NCBI GenBank assembly: GCA_001275005.1
Contig: JWZX01002242.1
Span: forward strand, 1-36,726
Length of the DNA: 36,726 nt
Source: Chrysochromulina tobinii
Taxonomy: Eukaryota
Direction: 5' to 3'
In this document: positions 36,667 through 36,726 of the stretch, piece after piece
Layout: every line of letters begins with the position of its first letter
Position numbering within the stretch: the stretch's first letter is position 1
Made by a program: the position numbers and the translations under genes
Notes under the pieces: generated by a model
The model's input: only the letters and a program-made list of their open reading frames with translations
What the model was told of the DNA's origin: nothing
Database searches by the model: none

Positions 36667-36726
36667 TTGGCCAGTACTGGCTGAGCTCTCGGCTGCCGAC
36701 GCGGCCATCCCACCTGCGCGAACATG

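Overview
This is a gene-dense, high-GC eukaryotic nuclear window with short intergenic spaces and a few short GT-AG introns. The style suggests a haptophyte alga such as a Chrysochromulina/Prymnesiales relative, which is an inference and not a database result. About 17 protein-coding genes are supported. Recognisable ones are a CBS-domain protein, a C69 dipeptidase, a sideroflexin, a 3-exon ALYREF/CHTOP-like RRM protein, an IQ/EF-hand protein, a PARP-type zinc-finger protein, a pepsin-like aspartic protease, Gemin6 and a gamma-carbonic anhydrase. Several orphans are also present. The standout is a 3-exon, about 1685-aa minus-strand gene (26954-32214) that the ORF track splits into pieces. Once spliced it reads: Cys/His-rich N-terminal domain, low-complexity linker, CHAT (caspase-like) protease with an intact His/Cys dyad, a transmembrane helix, and a catalytically degenerate guanylate-binding-protein (GBP) domain. 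This is a candidate membrane-anchored receptor-protease. Other notable items are a type-I membrane protein with a cytoplasmic RRM and two abutting TTAA-flanked Kolobok-like MITEs next to a lower-GC orphan with a TIR-like domain. There is also an intron apparently born by duplication of 19 bp of exon, and a 7-bp satellite with a 70-bp higher-order period flanked by a duplicated gene end. Family assignments come from motif recognition only; no searches were run.
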